A DNA stretch of 64,000 nucleotides from Bacillota bacterium (GTDB lineage Bacteria; Bacillota_I; Bacilli_A; RF39; UBA660): positions 20,258 to 84,257 of the forward strand of contig SVAP01000004.1 in the NCBI GenBank assembly GCA_015059335.1, in the 5' to 3' direction. Shown in pieces: positions 10,387 through 19,997 of the stretch (positions within the stretch are counted from its first letter, which is position 1; each line of letters opens with the position of its first letter). Below the pieces are notes generated by a model. It saw nothing but the letters and a program-made list of their open reading frames with translations. It was not told the origin of the DNA and did no database searches. The position numbers and the translations under genes were made by a program.

Positions 10387-11664
10387 ATGTTTGAAGAGGG
10401 AAAAAAATATAAATTAAGTATAATTAGACAGGAAACTACAGGTAATGGAGTTGCTAAATACAATAAATTTCCAGTGTTTATTCCATATGGATTACCTGGG
10501 GAATTAGTAGAAGTTAAAATAAATAAATTAAAGAAAAATTACGCTAATGGAGAAATTATAAAACATATAACTAATTCTAAAGATAGAGTAAAACCACCAT
10601 GCCCATATTATTATCAATGTGGTGGTTGTGATTTGATGCATCAAGATTATAATGCTAGTTTGGAATTCAAGAAAAAGAATTTAATAGAGTTACTATATAA
10701 ATTTGCTAAAGTAAATTCTAATTTAATAAAGCTAAATAGTGTGGTTAAAGCTGAAGATAATTTTTATTATAGAAATAAAGTTACATTTCATGTTGAAAAT
10801 AATAAAATTGGTTTTTATAAAGAAGATACTAATGAACTTGTAGAAATTAATGAATGTATAATTATAAATCCTATCTTTAATATTGCATTAAAAGTAATAA
10901 AAAAATATTTAAAGGATAGTAATATAAAAACGGTTGTAATGAAGTATGGGGAATACACTAAAGAGTTAATGGTTATTTTTGAAACAGATAAGGATTTGAA
11001 TCTTAAGTTGATAGAGGATTTAAAATCAAAAATAAAAGTTTTAAAAAGTATATATACTTCAAATAAAAATAAACATAAATTAATATATGGAAGTGAATAT
11101 ATTACTGAGAAATTATTGGATAAAACTTTTAGAATAACACCTAAATCTTTTTTTCAAGTAAATACTAAACAAATTGAAAAGTTATTTTCTAATATTCAAA
11201 AATATATTACAGATAATGATATAAATATATTAGATTTATATTGTGGGACAGGTGTAATTAGTATTTTGATTGGTGATAAGAGTAGGAAGATATTAGGAGT
11301 AGATATAGTAAAAGAAGCTATTGATGCCGCAAATATTAATAAAGAAATTAATGATTGTAATAATATTGAGTTTATATCCTCTAATGTTAAAAATGTACTT
11401 CCTGTAATAAAGAAAGCTAATAAGAATTTGGATGTTATTATACTTGATCCTCCAAGAAGTGGAATTGATAAAGATAGTATAGAAATTATTAATGAATTAT
11501 TACCTAAGAAAATAATATATGTTTCATGTAATCCAGTAACTTTAACTAGAGATTTAAATATATTAAAAGCTAATTATGACATTAAAGAAATAACACCATA
11601 TGATTTATTTCCTATGACACATCATGTAGAAACTTTAACTTTGTTACAAATTAAGGAAAATTAG
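10387..11664 (+). CDS. rlmD: 23S rRNA m5U methyltransferase RlmD/RlmCD
   Basis: TRAM domain, CPYYYQCGGC, SFFQVN, LDLYCGTG, LDPPRSG, YVSCNP, DLFPMTHHVE. Confidence 0.93.
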   Translation: MFEEGKKYKLSIIRQETTGNGVAKYNKFPVFIPYGLPGELVEVKINKLKKNYANGEIIKHITNSKDRVKPPCPYYYQCGGCDLMHQDYNASLEFKKKNLIELLYKFAKVNSNLIKLNSVVKAEDNFYYRNKVTFHVENNKIGFYKEDTNELVEINECIIINPIFNIALKVIKKYLKDSNIKTVVMKYGEYTKELMVIFETDKDLNLKLIEDLKSKIKVLKSIYTSNKNKHKLIYGSEYITEKLLDKTFRITPKSFFQVNTKQIEKLFSNIQKYITDNDINILDLYCGTGVISILIGDKSRKILGVDIVKEAIDAANINKEINDCNNIEFISSNVKNVLPVIKKANKNLDVIILDPPRSGIDKDSIEIINELLPKKIIYVSCNPVTLTRDLNILKANYDIKEITPYDLFPMTHHVETLTLLQIKEN

Positions 11665-11750
11665 TGTTTTTAAAAAATATAAAAATAATAAAAAAAACTT
11701 GCATTTTTGATAAAAACTGTTAAAATAGATGCTGTAAAGGGAGTGTTTGT

Positions 11751-13022
11751 ATGAATAAATTTTTCAAGAAGTTTAATTCAGCTGAGTGTGTTGGCATAAT
11801 TATACTTGCATTATTAGTAGTTTTTGCAGGATATATGGTTTACAATCATAAAGATTTTAAAGTTAATACTACTACAAAATCAGAATCTAATAATAAAAAT
11901 TTATCTGGTTATTATTATGATGATTATTATGATGATTATTATGACTACGAAGATGATTACTATTATGATGATGACTACTACTATGATTATGAAGATGACT
12001 ATTATTACGATGATGAAGATTATTATTACGACTATGACTATGATTATGATTATAAATATGTAAATAATAAATATTATGATGATTACAGATATTATGATTA
12101 TAATGATAAAAATGCGCCATCAATTAGATTAGACGCTATTGGTGTTGTAATTCAATATCAAGATTTTGATCCGATGAATGGTGTTAGTGCTAGTCATTCA
12201 AAATACGGTGATATGACTGATGATATTGAAATAATATATAACAATGTTGATACTGATGTTCCAGGTACATACAGTGTTGTATATAAAGTATGTAATTATC
12301 CAGGTTCAGATTATTGTAGATCTACTTCTAGAAATGTAATTGTAAGAAGTATAGATTATGATAATCAATTTGGATATGAAGACTATGATAGAGAACCTAT
12401 ATGGAGTAATACAAAATCAGTAACTTGTAAACAAGGTTCTACAAAATGTAGTACTTCTAAAGTAGAAAAACCTACTGCAAAAGATCCTAATACAAATAGA
12501 GAATTAAGAGTAAAATTAATCGATGGTTATGTAGATATTGAAACACCAGATACTTATGTATTAGTTTATAGTGCAGAAACATCATATGGTGTTGTTGGTA
12601 CAGTTTCTAAATTAGTAATTATTGAAAGAGATTACTCATATGATTATGATTACGATTATGATTATGATTATGACTACGATTATAATATGAAAAGTAAATT
12701 TATAGATAATTATAAATGGACAAATAAAGTTACTTATACTTATCAATGTAGTGTTGAAGGACAATATGGTTTAAATGGTTGGTCTTTAGTTTCAACTGAT
12801 AAGTCAAATGGTCAATATTCTTCAAGTGCTGATAATCATCCAACATACTATTACAGTAAAAATGGATATTCTGGAACTTTAAATAAAGTTGATTTCTATT
12901 TACAAGATTCAGAAGATAAATTAACTAATGATTTAGGTTATTGTAATACAGTTGGTCAAACTAAACAAGTGGTTAGAACTTGGGTTGGTTTATATTCAGG
13001 ATTTGTATATAATTACAATTAA
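11751..13022 (+). CDS. Membrane-anchored Tyr/Asp-repeat protein with two DUF5011/Ig-like domains
   Basis: N-terminal TM, YD tracts, VDTDVPGTYSVVYKV and VDIETPDTYVLVYSA Ig-like motifs. Confidence 0.75.
   Translation: MNKFFKKFNSAECVGIIILALLVVFAGYMVYNHKDFKVNTTTKSESNNKNLSGYYYDDYYDDYYDYEDDYYYDDDYYYDYEDDYYYDDEDYYYDYDYDYDYKYVNNKYYDDYRYYDYNDKNAPSIRLDAIGVVIQYQDFDPMNGVSASHSKYGDMTDDIEIIYNNVDTDVPGTYSVVYKVCNYPGSDYCRSTSRNVIVRSIDYDNQFGYEDYDREPIWSNTKSVTCKQGSTKCSTSKVEKPTAKDPNTNRELRVKLIDGYVDIETPDTYVLVYSAETSYGVVGTVSKLVIIERDYSYDYDYDYDYDYDYDYNMKSKFIDNYKWTNKVTYTYQCSVEGQYGLNGWSLVSTDKSNGQYSSSADNHPTYYYSKNGYSGTLNKVDFYLQDSEDKLTNDLGYCNTVGQTKQVVRTWVGLYSGFVYNYN
11910..12110 (+). repeat. Low-complexity TAT/GAT tract encoding YD/YYD repeats (second tract 12630-12686)
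   Basis: TATGAT-type repeats read directly in the sequence. Confidence 0.9.
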
Positions 13023-13157
13023 AAGTGTATGAAAATACACTTTTTTTCTTTTGTAATAAAAAAATAAATTATGTAAACTAAGTGTATAATTATCATTAAA
13101 GTCTAAACTTGAATTTTAAAGAGTGTTATAATATATATGTAGAAATTTAATTTTTGT

Positions 13158-13193
13158 TACTACTTTGTATAGTTTGTACATATAAATTAATAG
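13158..13193 (+). promoter_or_regulatory. SigmaE-like promoter upstream of murE
   Basis: TACTACT-14-CATATAAAT; 17-mer TACATATAAATTAATAG shared with the spoVE upstream region. Confidence 0.5.
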
Positions 13194-13205
13194 GTGGCGA
13201 GTAAT

Positions 13206-14573
13206 ATGATAAATATAAAAACTAATTCAAAATTAATTAAACCAGGTGATACATTTATAGCTATTAAAGGTTTAAATAGAGATGGACATGATTATATAGA
13301 ATCAGCTATAGAAAATGGTGCATCAACTATTATATGTGAACACGGAAATTATAGTGTTAATACTGTAGTAGTGCCTGATACATATAAGTTTTTAAGAGAG
13401 TATTTATATACTAATTATTATGATAAAATTAAAGATTTGAAAATAATAGGAATGACTGGAACAAATGGTAAAACAACAAGTTGTTATCTTTTATATCAAG
13501 CATTTAAAAAGTTAAATAAAAAATGCGGATATATTGGAACAATAGGATTTTATATAGATGAAAAAGTACGTGATTTAGACAATACTACACCTGAAATCCA
13601 AGATGTTTATGAAATGTTATTAGAGTGTTCAGAAAATAATTGTGAATATGTTGTGATGGAAGTTAGTAGTCATGCGCTTGCTTTAGGTAGAGTTGATACA
13701 TTAAGCTTTGATTATGCAATATTCTCAAACCTTACTGATGATCATTTAGATTTTCATAAAACATTTGAACATTATACTGAGTCAAAGAAAAAATTATTTA
13801 CAATGGTAAAAAACAGTGGCGCATCAATTATAAATGTTGATGACCCTAATTATGAAAAGATAGTTAATAATAATTCTAGAAATTTGTTTTTTGGATTTAA
13901 TAATTCAGAATATAAAATATTAGGTTATGAGTATATAGATTATAAAACACATTTTAATGTAATAATTAACGGAAAAGAAGAAAAATTTATTACTAAGTTA
14001 TTAGGAAAATATAATATACATAACATGATGGGTGTTATATTGGTATTAAATGATTTAAAGATAGATATAGAAAAGATTAAAGAGATTGTTAGTGAAATAA
14101 ATTATCCTCCAGGTAGAATGGATACAGTTAAACATAACAAATCATTAATAATAGTAGATTATGCACATACTCCAGATGCAGTATTAAATGTTATAAGTTG
14201 TGTTAGAGAGTATACTAAAGGAAAAATTTATTCAATAATTGGTTGTGGCGGTAATAGAGAAAAAACTAAAAGACCACTAATGGCAAAAGGCGCAACTGAT
14301 TTATCAGATTATGTTATTATCACTAATGATAATCCTAGATTTGAAGATCCTAAAGAAATAATTAAAGATATGACTAATGGATTAGATAATACTAATTATG
14401 AAATTTGTGAAGATAGAGTAGAAGCAATTCATAAAGGAATAGATATGCTTAAAGATAATGATGTTTTACTAATATTAGGTAAGGGTCATGAGGATTATCA
14501 AATAATTGGTGATGTAAAACATCATCATGATGATAAAGAATGTGTAGTAGAATATATAGATAAGGTGATGTAA
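13206..14573 (+). CDS. murE: UDP-MurNAc-dipeptide:diamino acid ligase MurE
   Basis: GMTGTNGKTT, MEVSSHAL, NLTDDHLDFH, VDYAHTPDA, DNPR (meso-DAP-type motif), GKGHEDYQ. Confidence 0.96.
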   Translation: MINIKTNSKLIKPGDTFIAIKGLNRDGHDYIESAIENGASTIICEHGNYSVNTVVVPDTYKFLREYLYTNYYDKIKDLKIIGMTGTNGKTTSCYLLYQAFKKLNKKCGYIGTIGFYIDEKVRDLDNTTPEIQDVYEMLLECSENNCEYVVMEVSSHALALGRVDTLSFDYAIFSNLTDDHLDFHKTFEHYTESKKKLFTMVKNSGASIINVDDPNYEKIVNNNSRNLFFGFNNSEYKILGYEYIDYKTHFNVIINGKEEKFITKLLGKYNIHNMMGVILVLNDLKIDIEKIKEIVSEINYPPGRMDTVKHNKSLIIVDYAHTPDAVLNVISCVREYTKGKIYSIIGCGGNREKTKRPLMAKGATDLSDYVIITNDNPRFEDPKEIIKDMTNGLDNTNYEICEDRVEAIHKGIDMLKDNDVLLILGKGHEDYQIIGDVKHHHDDKECVVEYIDKVM

Positions 14574-14575
14574 AA

Positions 14576-15556
14576 ATGTTATTACTTACTAAAACAGTAC
14601 TATCTGTAATGATTGGATTTTTATTAGCAACAACATTAGGATTAATTTTAATACCTCTTTTAAAGAAATTAAATGTTAAACAAAGCCTTAGTATATATAT
14701 GGAAGAAGCACATAGAAAAAAAAGTGGTACTCCTACTATGGGTGGTTTAATATTTCTAATACCAACTGTTGCAACTATATTTATTCTTTATTTTATGAAT
14801 AAAATAGAAATAACAACAAATTTGTTGATGGTATTATTTGTGCTTATTGCATATGCGCTTATAGGATTTATAGATGATTATTTAATAATTAGAAGACATA
14901 ATAATAAGGGACTTACAGAAGTACAAAAATTATTAGGACAAGTAATAATTGCGATTGTTTTCTTCTTTATGTTTCTAAAAACAGGTGGAGAAACCTCTTT
15001 AGTAATATCTACTCTTGGAATAAATATTCAAATGGGATGGCTTTATGGTTTGTTTATATTATTCTTATTAGTAGGTGGTAGTAATGCAGTTAACATTACC
15101 GATGGATTAGATGGTCTTGCTGGTGGATTATCAGCTATTGCATTTATTGCGTTTGGTCTTATTTCTCTAAACTGTGGATATGAAGATATTGGTATATTTT
15201 GTTTTATACTTTGTGGAGCACTTATGGGATTCTTGATATTTAATATTCATCCCGCAAAAATATTTATGGGTGATACTGGTTCTTTAGCTTTAGGTGCTAC
15301 TTTAGCAACTATAGCAATTCTTGTTAGAAGAGAACTAACACTTGTTATAGTAGCAGGAGTATTTATAATAGAAACATTAACCGTAATAATCCAAATACTA
15401 TGGGTTAAATTATTTCATAAAAGATTATTCTTAATGACACCTTTACATCATCATTTTGAAAAGCTTGGATGGAGTGAAGTGGATATAGTTAAATTATTTT
15501 GGACAATAGGCTTAACATTATGTATGGCTGGAATATTCTTTGGAGTATGGTTATAA
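14576..15556 (+). CDS. mraY: Phospho-MurNAc-pentapeptide translocase MraY
   Basis: KKSGTPTMGG, GFIDDY, NAVNITDGLDGL, FMGDTGSLALG, PLHHHFE. Confidence 0.98.
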   Translation: MLLLTKTVLSVMIGFLLATTLGLILIPLLKKLNVKQSLSIYMEEAHRKKSGTPTMGGLIFLIPTVATIFILYFMNKIEITTNLLMVLFVLIAYALIGFIDDYLIIRRHNNKGLTEVQKLLGQVIIAIVFFFMFLKTGGETSLVISTLGINIQMGWLYGLFILFLLVGGSNAVNITDGLDGLAGGLSAIAFIAFGLISLNCGYEDIGIFCFILCGALMGFLIFNIHPAKIFMGDTGSLALGATLATIAILVRRELTLVIVAGVFIIETLTVIIQILWVKLFHKRLFLMTPLHHHFEKLGWSEVDIVKLFWTIGLTLCMAGIFFGVWL

Positions 15557-15572
15557 ACAGATAATAATTTAT

Positions 15573-16234
15573 CTGTTTTTTTGTGTAAACTTGCGTCAAA
15601 AAGGATTGACTAAAAATAGATAAGTCATGTATAATTTAAATATAATAGGAGGAGTGATAAAAATGGAAGAAAATAAAAATAGTAAAAGTATTATATTTTC
15701 AATCGTAGCTGTATTACTGATAGTTGTAGTAGTAGCAGGAGCAACATATGCATACTTTGCATCTTCATCAAGTACAGCTAAACAAGAAATTAAAACAGGA
15801 TCATTGGCAATGGGATTCACTAATGGAGAATTCTTAAGAGCAGATTCATTAATGCCAATATCAGACAGTGAAATCAAAACAAAAGCAGCAGAATTAGATT
15901 TTTCTGTAACAAACGAAGGTACAGAACATATGAATCTAACAATAAGTCTAACAGATATCGAAATATCAGATGACTTAAAAGATGTAGACTTTAGATGGGG
16001 ATTATACAATAAAGATAAAGACTTAGGTATAGCATTTGGAATATTCAAAGATATCGGTACAAATACAAGTGTAACATTATTAACAGATACAATAATAGAT
16101 GCAGTACTAGATGAAAATGAAGAAGACATAACAAAAAACTATACATTAAGAGTATGGATACATGACGATGGAGCAAATCAAAACTACATGCAAGGAGAAA
16201 CATTCAGTGCGAAAGTTACTGTAGATGGTGAACC
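15573..16234 (+). repeat. Direct repeat copy 2 of 7773-8433
   Basis: Near-identical sequence, beginning at the T-tract of the mraY terminator. Confidence 0.95.
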
Positions 16235-16943
16235 TATTAGTTATACACCAGAAAGTTGCTTTGGATTTAATTCAAGTACAGGTACAGTTACATCATATGA
16301 TTATGAAACATGTGGTGTAGCTGGTGTTGACGTGGTAATACCTAAATCAATAGATGGTGTTGCAGTTACAACTATTGGTAGTTCTTTTTGGTCAACTGGT
16401 GATGGACTTCCTTGGGGAACAGATGAATATATAGAATCTATGATTTTACCTGATACTATCACTAAAATTAACGACGAAGGAATTTATTATTTTGCTGCTG
16501 CGAGCGAATCGGAAATAACAATACCAGAAAGTGTAATAACTATTGGTAATAGCGGTTTTTCAGCAAGTCTTGCAAGAAATATACCAGAAAGTATAACAAC
16601 TATTGGATCATATGCATTTTATGGGAACATTTCAGCAGTTATACCTGGAAGTATCACTTCACTTTCTGAAGGTGCAATTAATGAATCTTCTGCAGAAAAT
16701 ATAATATTAATGGAAGGGATAAATGAAATCCAAGATTATGCATTATCTGGTAATTATTATGTGACTTCAATTGAAATACCGTCAAGTGTAACAACTATTG
16801 GATCAAATGCATTTGCTGATAATGAATATTTAACAGAAATAATAGTGCGTGGTAAAACAAGTGCACCAGCTACATTTGATGAGAATTGGAATTGTAAGGA
16901 TTATGATTGTACTGAACGATACAATGTAGTATTTAGACCATAA
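15663..16943 (+). CDS. SipW-class TasA-like plus BspA-like LRR surface protein, copy 2
   Basis: Same signal peptide and N-domain as copy 1, divergent LRR region, shared C-terminus CTERYNVVFRP. Confidence 0.8.
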   Translation: MEENKNSKSIIFSIVAVLLIVVVVAGATYAYFASSSSTAKQEIKTGSLAMGFTNGEFLRADSLMPISDSEIKTKAAELDFSVTNEGTEHMNLTISLTDIEISDDLKDVDFRWGLYNKDKDLGIAFGIFKDIGTNTSVTLLTDTIIDAVLDENEEDITKNYTLRVWIHDDGANQNYMQGETFSAKVTVDGEPISYTPESCFGFNSSTGTVTSYDYETCGVAGVDVVIPKSIDGVAVTTIGSSFWSTGDGLPWGTDEYIESMILPDTITKINDEGIYYFAAASESEITIPESVITIGNSGFSASLARNIPESITTIGSYAFYGNISAVIPGSITSLSEGAINESSAENIILMEGINEIQDYALSGNYYVTSIEIPSSVTTIGSNAFADNEYLTEIIVRGKTSAPATFDENWNCKDYDCTERYNVVFRP

Positions 16944-16996
16944 TTAAAATATTAAAAATTCTTATATCATATGATATAGGAATTTTTTTTATATAT

Positions 16997-17032
16997 AAAT
17001 ACTTTGTCTTATTTTTACATATAAATTAATAG
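16997..17032 (+). promoter_or_regulatory. SigmaE-like promoter upstream of spoVE/ftsW
   Basis: AAATACT-14-CATATAAAT matches the B. subtilis sigmaE consensus pattern; spoVE is sigmaE-controlled in B. subtilis. Confidence 0.55.
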
Positions 17033-17056
17033 ATGCTTGAAAGTAAGGTGTGAAAT

Positions 17057-18148
17057 GTGAAAAAAATAAATTTTGATTTAATATTGATTGCTGCTGTAAT
17101 AATATTATCTATATTTGGTGTAGTAATGATATATTCATCATCGAGTGTTTGGGCAGAGTATAAATTTGGAGATTCATTCAAATATTTAAAATCACAATCT
17201 TTATTTTTGATAGTTGGTATTGTACTAATGATTATAGTTTCTAAATACAATTATAAACAATATAAAAAACACGCTAATATCATACTTGGAGTTTGTTTTA
17301 TATTATTAATTTTAGTAATAATACCTGGTATTGGTACAGTAAGAAATGGCTCTAGAAGTTGGTTTGGTATTGGACCTTTTGGTATTCAACCTAGTGAATT
17401 TATGAAGCTTGCACTCATAATATTTACTGCCAAATATTTAGAAAAAAATAATAAATATATTGGTGATATTAAAAAGGGTGTATTTCCTATATTAGGTATA
17501 ACTTTAATTTCTTTTGCGCTTATTATGCTTCAACCAGATTTTGGTACTGGAACAATTTTAGTTATGACTATTATTTGTATGTTATTTGTTAGTGGTGTTA
17601 AAATGGGATTCTTTATGAAAATAGGTATAGTAGGTCTTATTGGGGTAGTTATTTTAATAGTTATCGCTCCTTACCGTTTACAACGTATTTTATCTTTTGT
17701 TAATCCTTGGGTGGATCCATTGGGTGCAGGATTTCAGATTATACAATCATTATACGCAATAGGTCCTGGTGGATTGCTTGGCATGGGGTTAGGTAATTCT
17801 ATTCAAAAACATTTTTATCTTCCAGAACCCCAAACAGATTTTATATTTTCGATAATTAGTGAGGAATTAGGATTTTTAGGCATTGTAATTGTTAGTGGAT
17901 TATTTTTAACTATAATTTATAGGGGAATAAAAATTGCATTAAATTCTGAAGATTTGTTTGGAAAATATTTAGCATTTGGAATGATATTTCAGCTTTCTTT
18001 TCAAGCAATTTTAAATTTAATGGTAGTTGTAGGATTAATTCCTGTAACAGGTGTTACTTTACCATTTTTAAGTTACGGAGGAAGTAGTTTGCTGATAACA
18101 ATGGTAAGTATGGGAATTTTACTTAATATATCAAGATGTCAGAAATAA
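17057..18148 (+). CDS. spoVE: SEDS family glycosyltransferase FtsW/SpoVE
   Basis: GSRSWFGIGPFGIQPSEFMK, LQPDFGT, LPEPQTDFIFSII, GVTLPFLSYGGSS; the size and sigmaE-like promoter favour SpoVE. Confidence 0.85.
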   Translation: MKKINFDLILIAAVIILSIFGVVMIYSSSSVWAEYKFGDSFKYLKSQSLFLIVGIVLMIIVSKYNYKQYKKHANIILGVCFILLILVIIPGIGTVRNGSRSWFGIGPFGIQPSEFMKLALIIFTAKYLEKNNKYIGDIKKGVFPILGITLISFALIMLQPDFGTGTILVMTIICMLFVSGVKMGFFMKIGIVGLIGVVILIVIAPYRLQRILSFVNPWVDPLGAGFQIIQSLYAIGPGGLLGMGLGNSIQKHFYLPEPQTDFIFSIISEELGFLGIVIVSGLFLTIIYRGIKIALNSEDLFGKYLAFGMIFQLSFQAILNLMVVVGLIPVTGVTLPFLSYGGSSLLITMVSMGILLNISRCQK

Positions 18149-18284
18149 TTACAAATTTATATTGGTTTTCAAATATATGTTTTATATAATTATATAAGAG
18201 AATAGGGATTAATGTTCATTCTATGAGTTAATTAAATTTTTAATAAAATTAAAAACACATGATATTAATCATGTGTTTTGTTTG

Positions 18285-19736
18285 TTATCTTGTTCTTCCT
18301 TCGCTTTTAATAATGTCAGTTTTTTGTTTTTCTATATCTTCTAAATAACCATTAATTATATCTCGATATTCTTCTAATAATTCTGTTTGGTTTATATTAA
18401 ATTCTTTATTAGACATAAGTTCCATAAAATTATTTTTAGCTCTTTTTTTTGTTTCGCTTAAAACTTTTAATGCTAATATAATAACTATTGGACGTGGTGA
18501 ATGATTACCTTTCATACTTTTTAAATTATTAATGTTAATAATGGTTTCAAATTCATTATTTACTAGAACTTTTTCTTTCTCATCCATATTTGAAAAATGT
18601 CTTTCTAGTGATTTATCTATTTCAACTATTTCTTGTTCGTTATTTTTAACTTGTTCTTGTTGAAATAAAACTTGCTCATCTAATGATTTGATAAATTCTG
18701 TATAAGTATCATTTAGTTTTCCAAATTTATCGTTTTCATCTCTAATTGTTCTCCAACAATCATTTAATACTCCATGTAATGAATATTCTTGGTTTTTAGA
18801 ATCAAAATAAATATTGGTTTTCAAAAGATCTTCAGAATCAAGATAAGCTTTATGTTGAGGTTTAATTTTAAAACCTTTTTTAATATAATTAACAGCTTCT
18901 TGTATATTTGAAAATCCTAGTTTTTTTACATTAAAGTAAAGTTGCCCTAATTGTATAATGTTAGGTTTTTGTTTTTGCTCTTTAAATATAAAATAGTCAT
19001 AACAATCATATCTAAAAAACAGTCTTTCTATTTTATTTTTTGTGTTACTGTACTCATCCTGATCTTCTTTGTATTCCATATAAGAATGTAATGTATTAAC
19101 TAAATCTTCTTGATTTATTTGTTGTATAGAATTCATTTTTTTGATATTATCTTTAATTCTTTTGTTTTCTTTCTCCTTGAAATGTTTCTCATGTGTTAGT
19201 TTTACTGGTTCTTCTAATTTTTTTAGTAAAGTTTTATCTATTAATATTTCATATGTTTTATCAACTAACTCTAAATCTACATTATATCCTTTACATATAT
19301 TTTTACCAAGATATTCATTTATTTTCTGACACGATTTTAACATTTCAGATTCGATTGTATCTTCGTCTTTATAGAAATCAAATAATTTATCAAATTCTTT
19401 GTTTGATATAGAGTTTTTTAATTCAGTTAATGATTCAATGGTTTTATCAATTCTAGCTATTTTTGATTCATAACTAATTGCATGGTTATCAGAAATAGTG
19501 ATTATGTCATCTTTTTTAGATGTTAATTTATTTATTTGTTCGTTTATATCTTTTATTATTGGTTCAGCATCATATTCCATGCTTTTTTTCATAATAGATA
19601 ATTTGATTTCTGATTCTAATAACTTTAATGTGTTTTTAATTAAACCAATATCATAAGTTTTATAATCTTGTGATCCATATGAAAAATCATTTAATATAAA
19701 TTCAAATTGTTCTAATATTTTTTTTGTTTCTTCCAT
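18285..19736 (-). CDS. Hypothetical coiled-coil-rich protein (483 aa)
   Basis: Long ORF with RBS AAGGAAGTGA; no recognisable motif; ends KSEGRTR. Confidence 0.8.
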   Translation of the reverse strand: MEETKKILEQFEFILNDFSYGSQDYKTYDIGLIKNTLKLLESEIKLSIMKKSMEYDAEPIIKDINEQINKLTSKKDDIITISDNHAISYESKIARIDKTIESLTELKNSISNKEFDKLFDFYKDEDTIESEMLKSCQKINEYLGKNICKGYNVDLELVDKTYEILIDKTLLKKLEEPVKLTHEKHFKEKENKRIKDNIKKMNSIQQINQEDLVNTLHSYMEYKEDQDEYSNTKNKIERLFFRYDCYDYFIFKEQKQKPNIIQLGQLYFNVKKLGFSNIQEAVNYIKKGFKIKPQHKAYLDSEDLLKTNIYFDSKNQEYSLHGVLNDCWRTIRDENDKFGKLNDTYTEFIKSLDEQVLFQQEQVKNNEQEIVEIDKSLERHFSNMDEKEKVLVNNEFETIININNLKSMKGNHSPRPIVIILALKVLSETKKRAKNNFMELMSNKEFNINQTELLEEYRDIINGYLEDIEKQKTDIIKSEGRTR

Positions 19737-19738
19737 AA

Positions 19739-19840
19739 TTATTTCACTTCCTTATTTTCTTTATTATTTGATAAATCATCTATTTTATCTAGTAAATTAT
19801 TTATTCTATCTAGTATTTCTAATTCTTCTTTAATATCCAT
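19739..19840 (-). CDS. 33-aa small ORF (MDIKEELEILDRINNLLDKIDDLSNNKENKEVK) not in the ORF track
   Basis: RBS GTGAGGGA upstream; stop lies 2 nt before the start of the 483-aa gene. Confidence 0.55.
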   Translation of the reverse strand: MDIKEELEILDRINNLLDKIDDLSNNKENKEVK

Positions 19841-19997
19841 TTGTTTTATCCCTCACTTTTAATTCCATTATACCATATTTTAATTTTATTCAAATACATT
19901 TTACATAATTTTACACCACTATAATAATTATTAATAAAAGTTATACTATATAAGTAATTGTTTAATATTTCTTGCATATTATTTACTGGTGATAATA

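Noticed and set aside
11824-12123. ORFs 11824-12063 (+) and 11887-12123 (-), Met/Ile- and His/Asn-rich
   Set aside because: Alternative-frame read-outs of the TAT/GAT low-complexity tract of the YD protein
11910-12686. CRISPR-like or tandem array
   Set aside because: Only 3-6-nt microsatellite-type repeats inside a CDS; no constant repeat with unique spacers
7773-16234. Diversity-generating retroelement (TR/VR pair)
   Set aside because: Differences between the copies are not restricted to adenines (C/G, T/C, T/A, mostly synonymous), both copies are coding, and no reverse transcriptase is in the window
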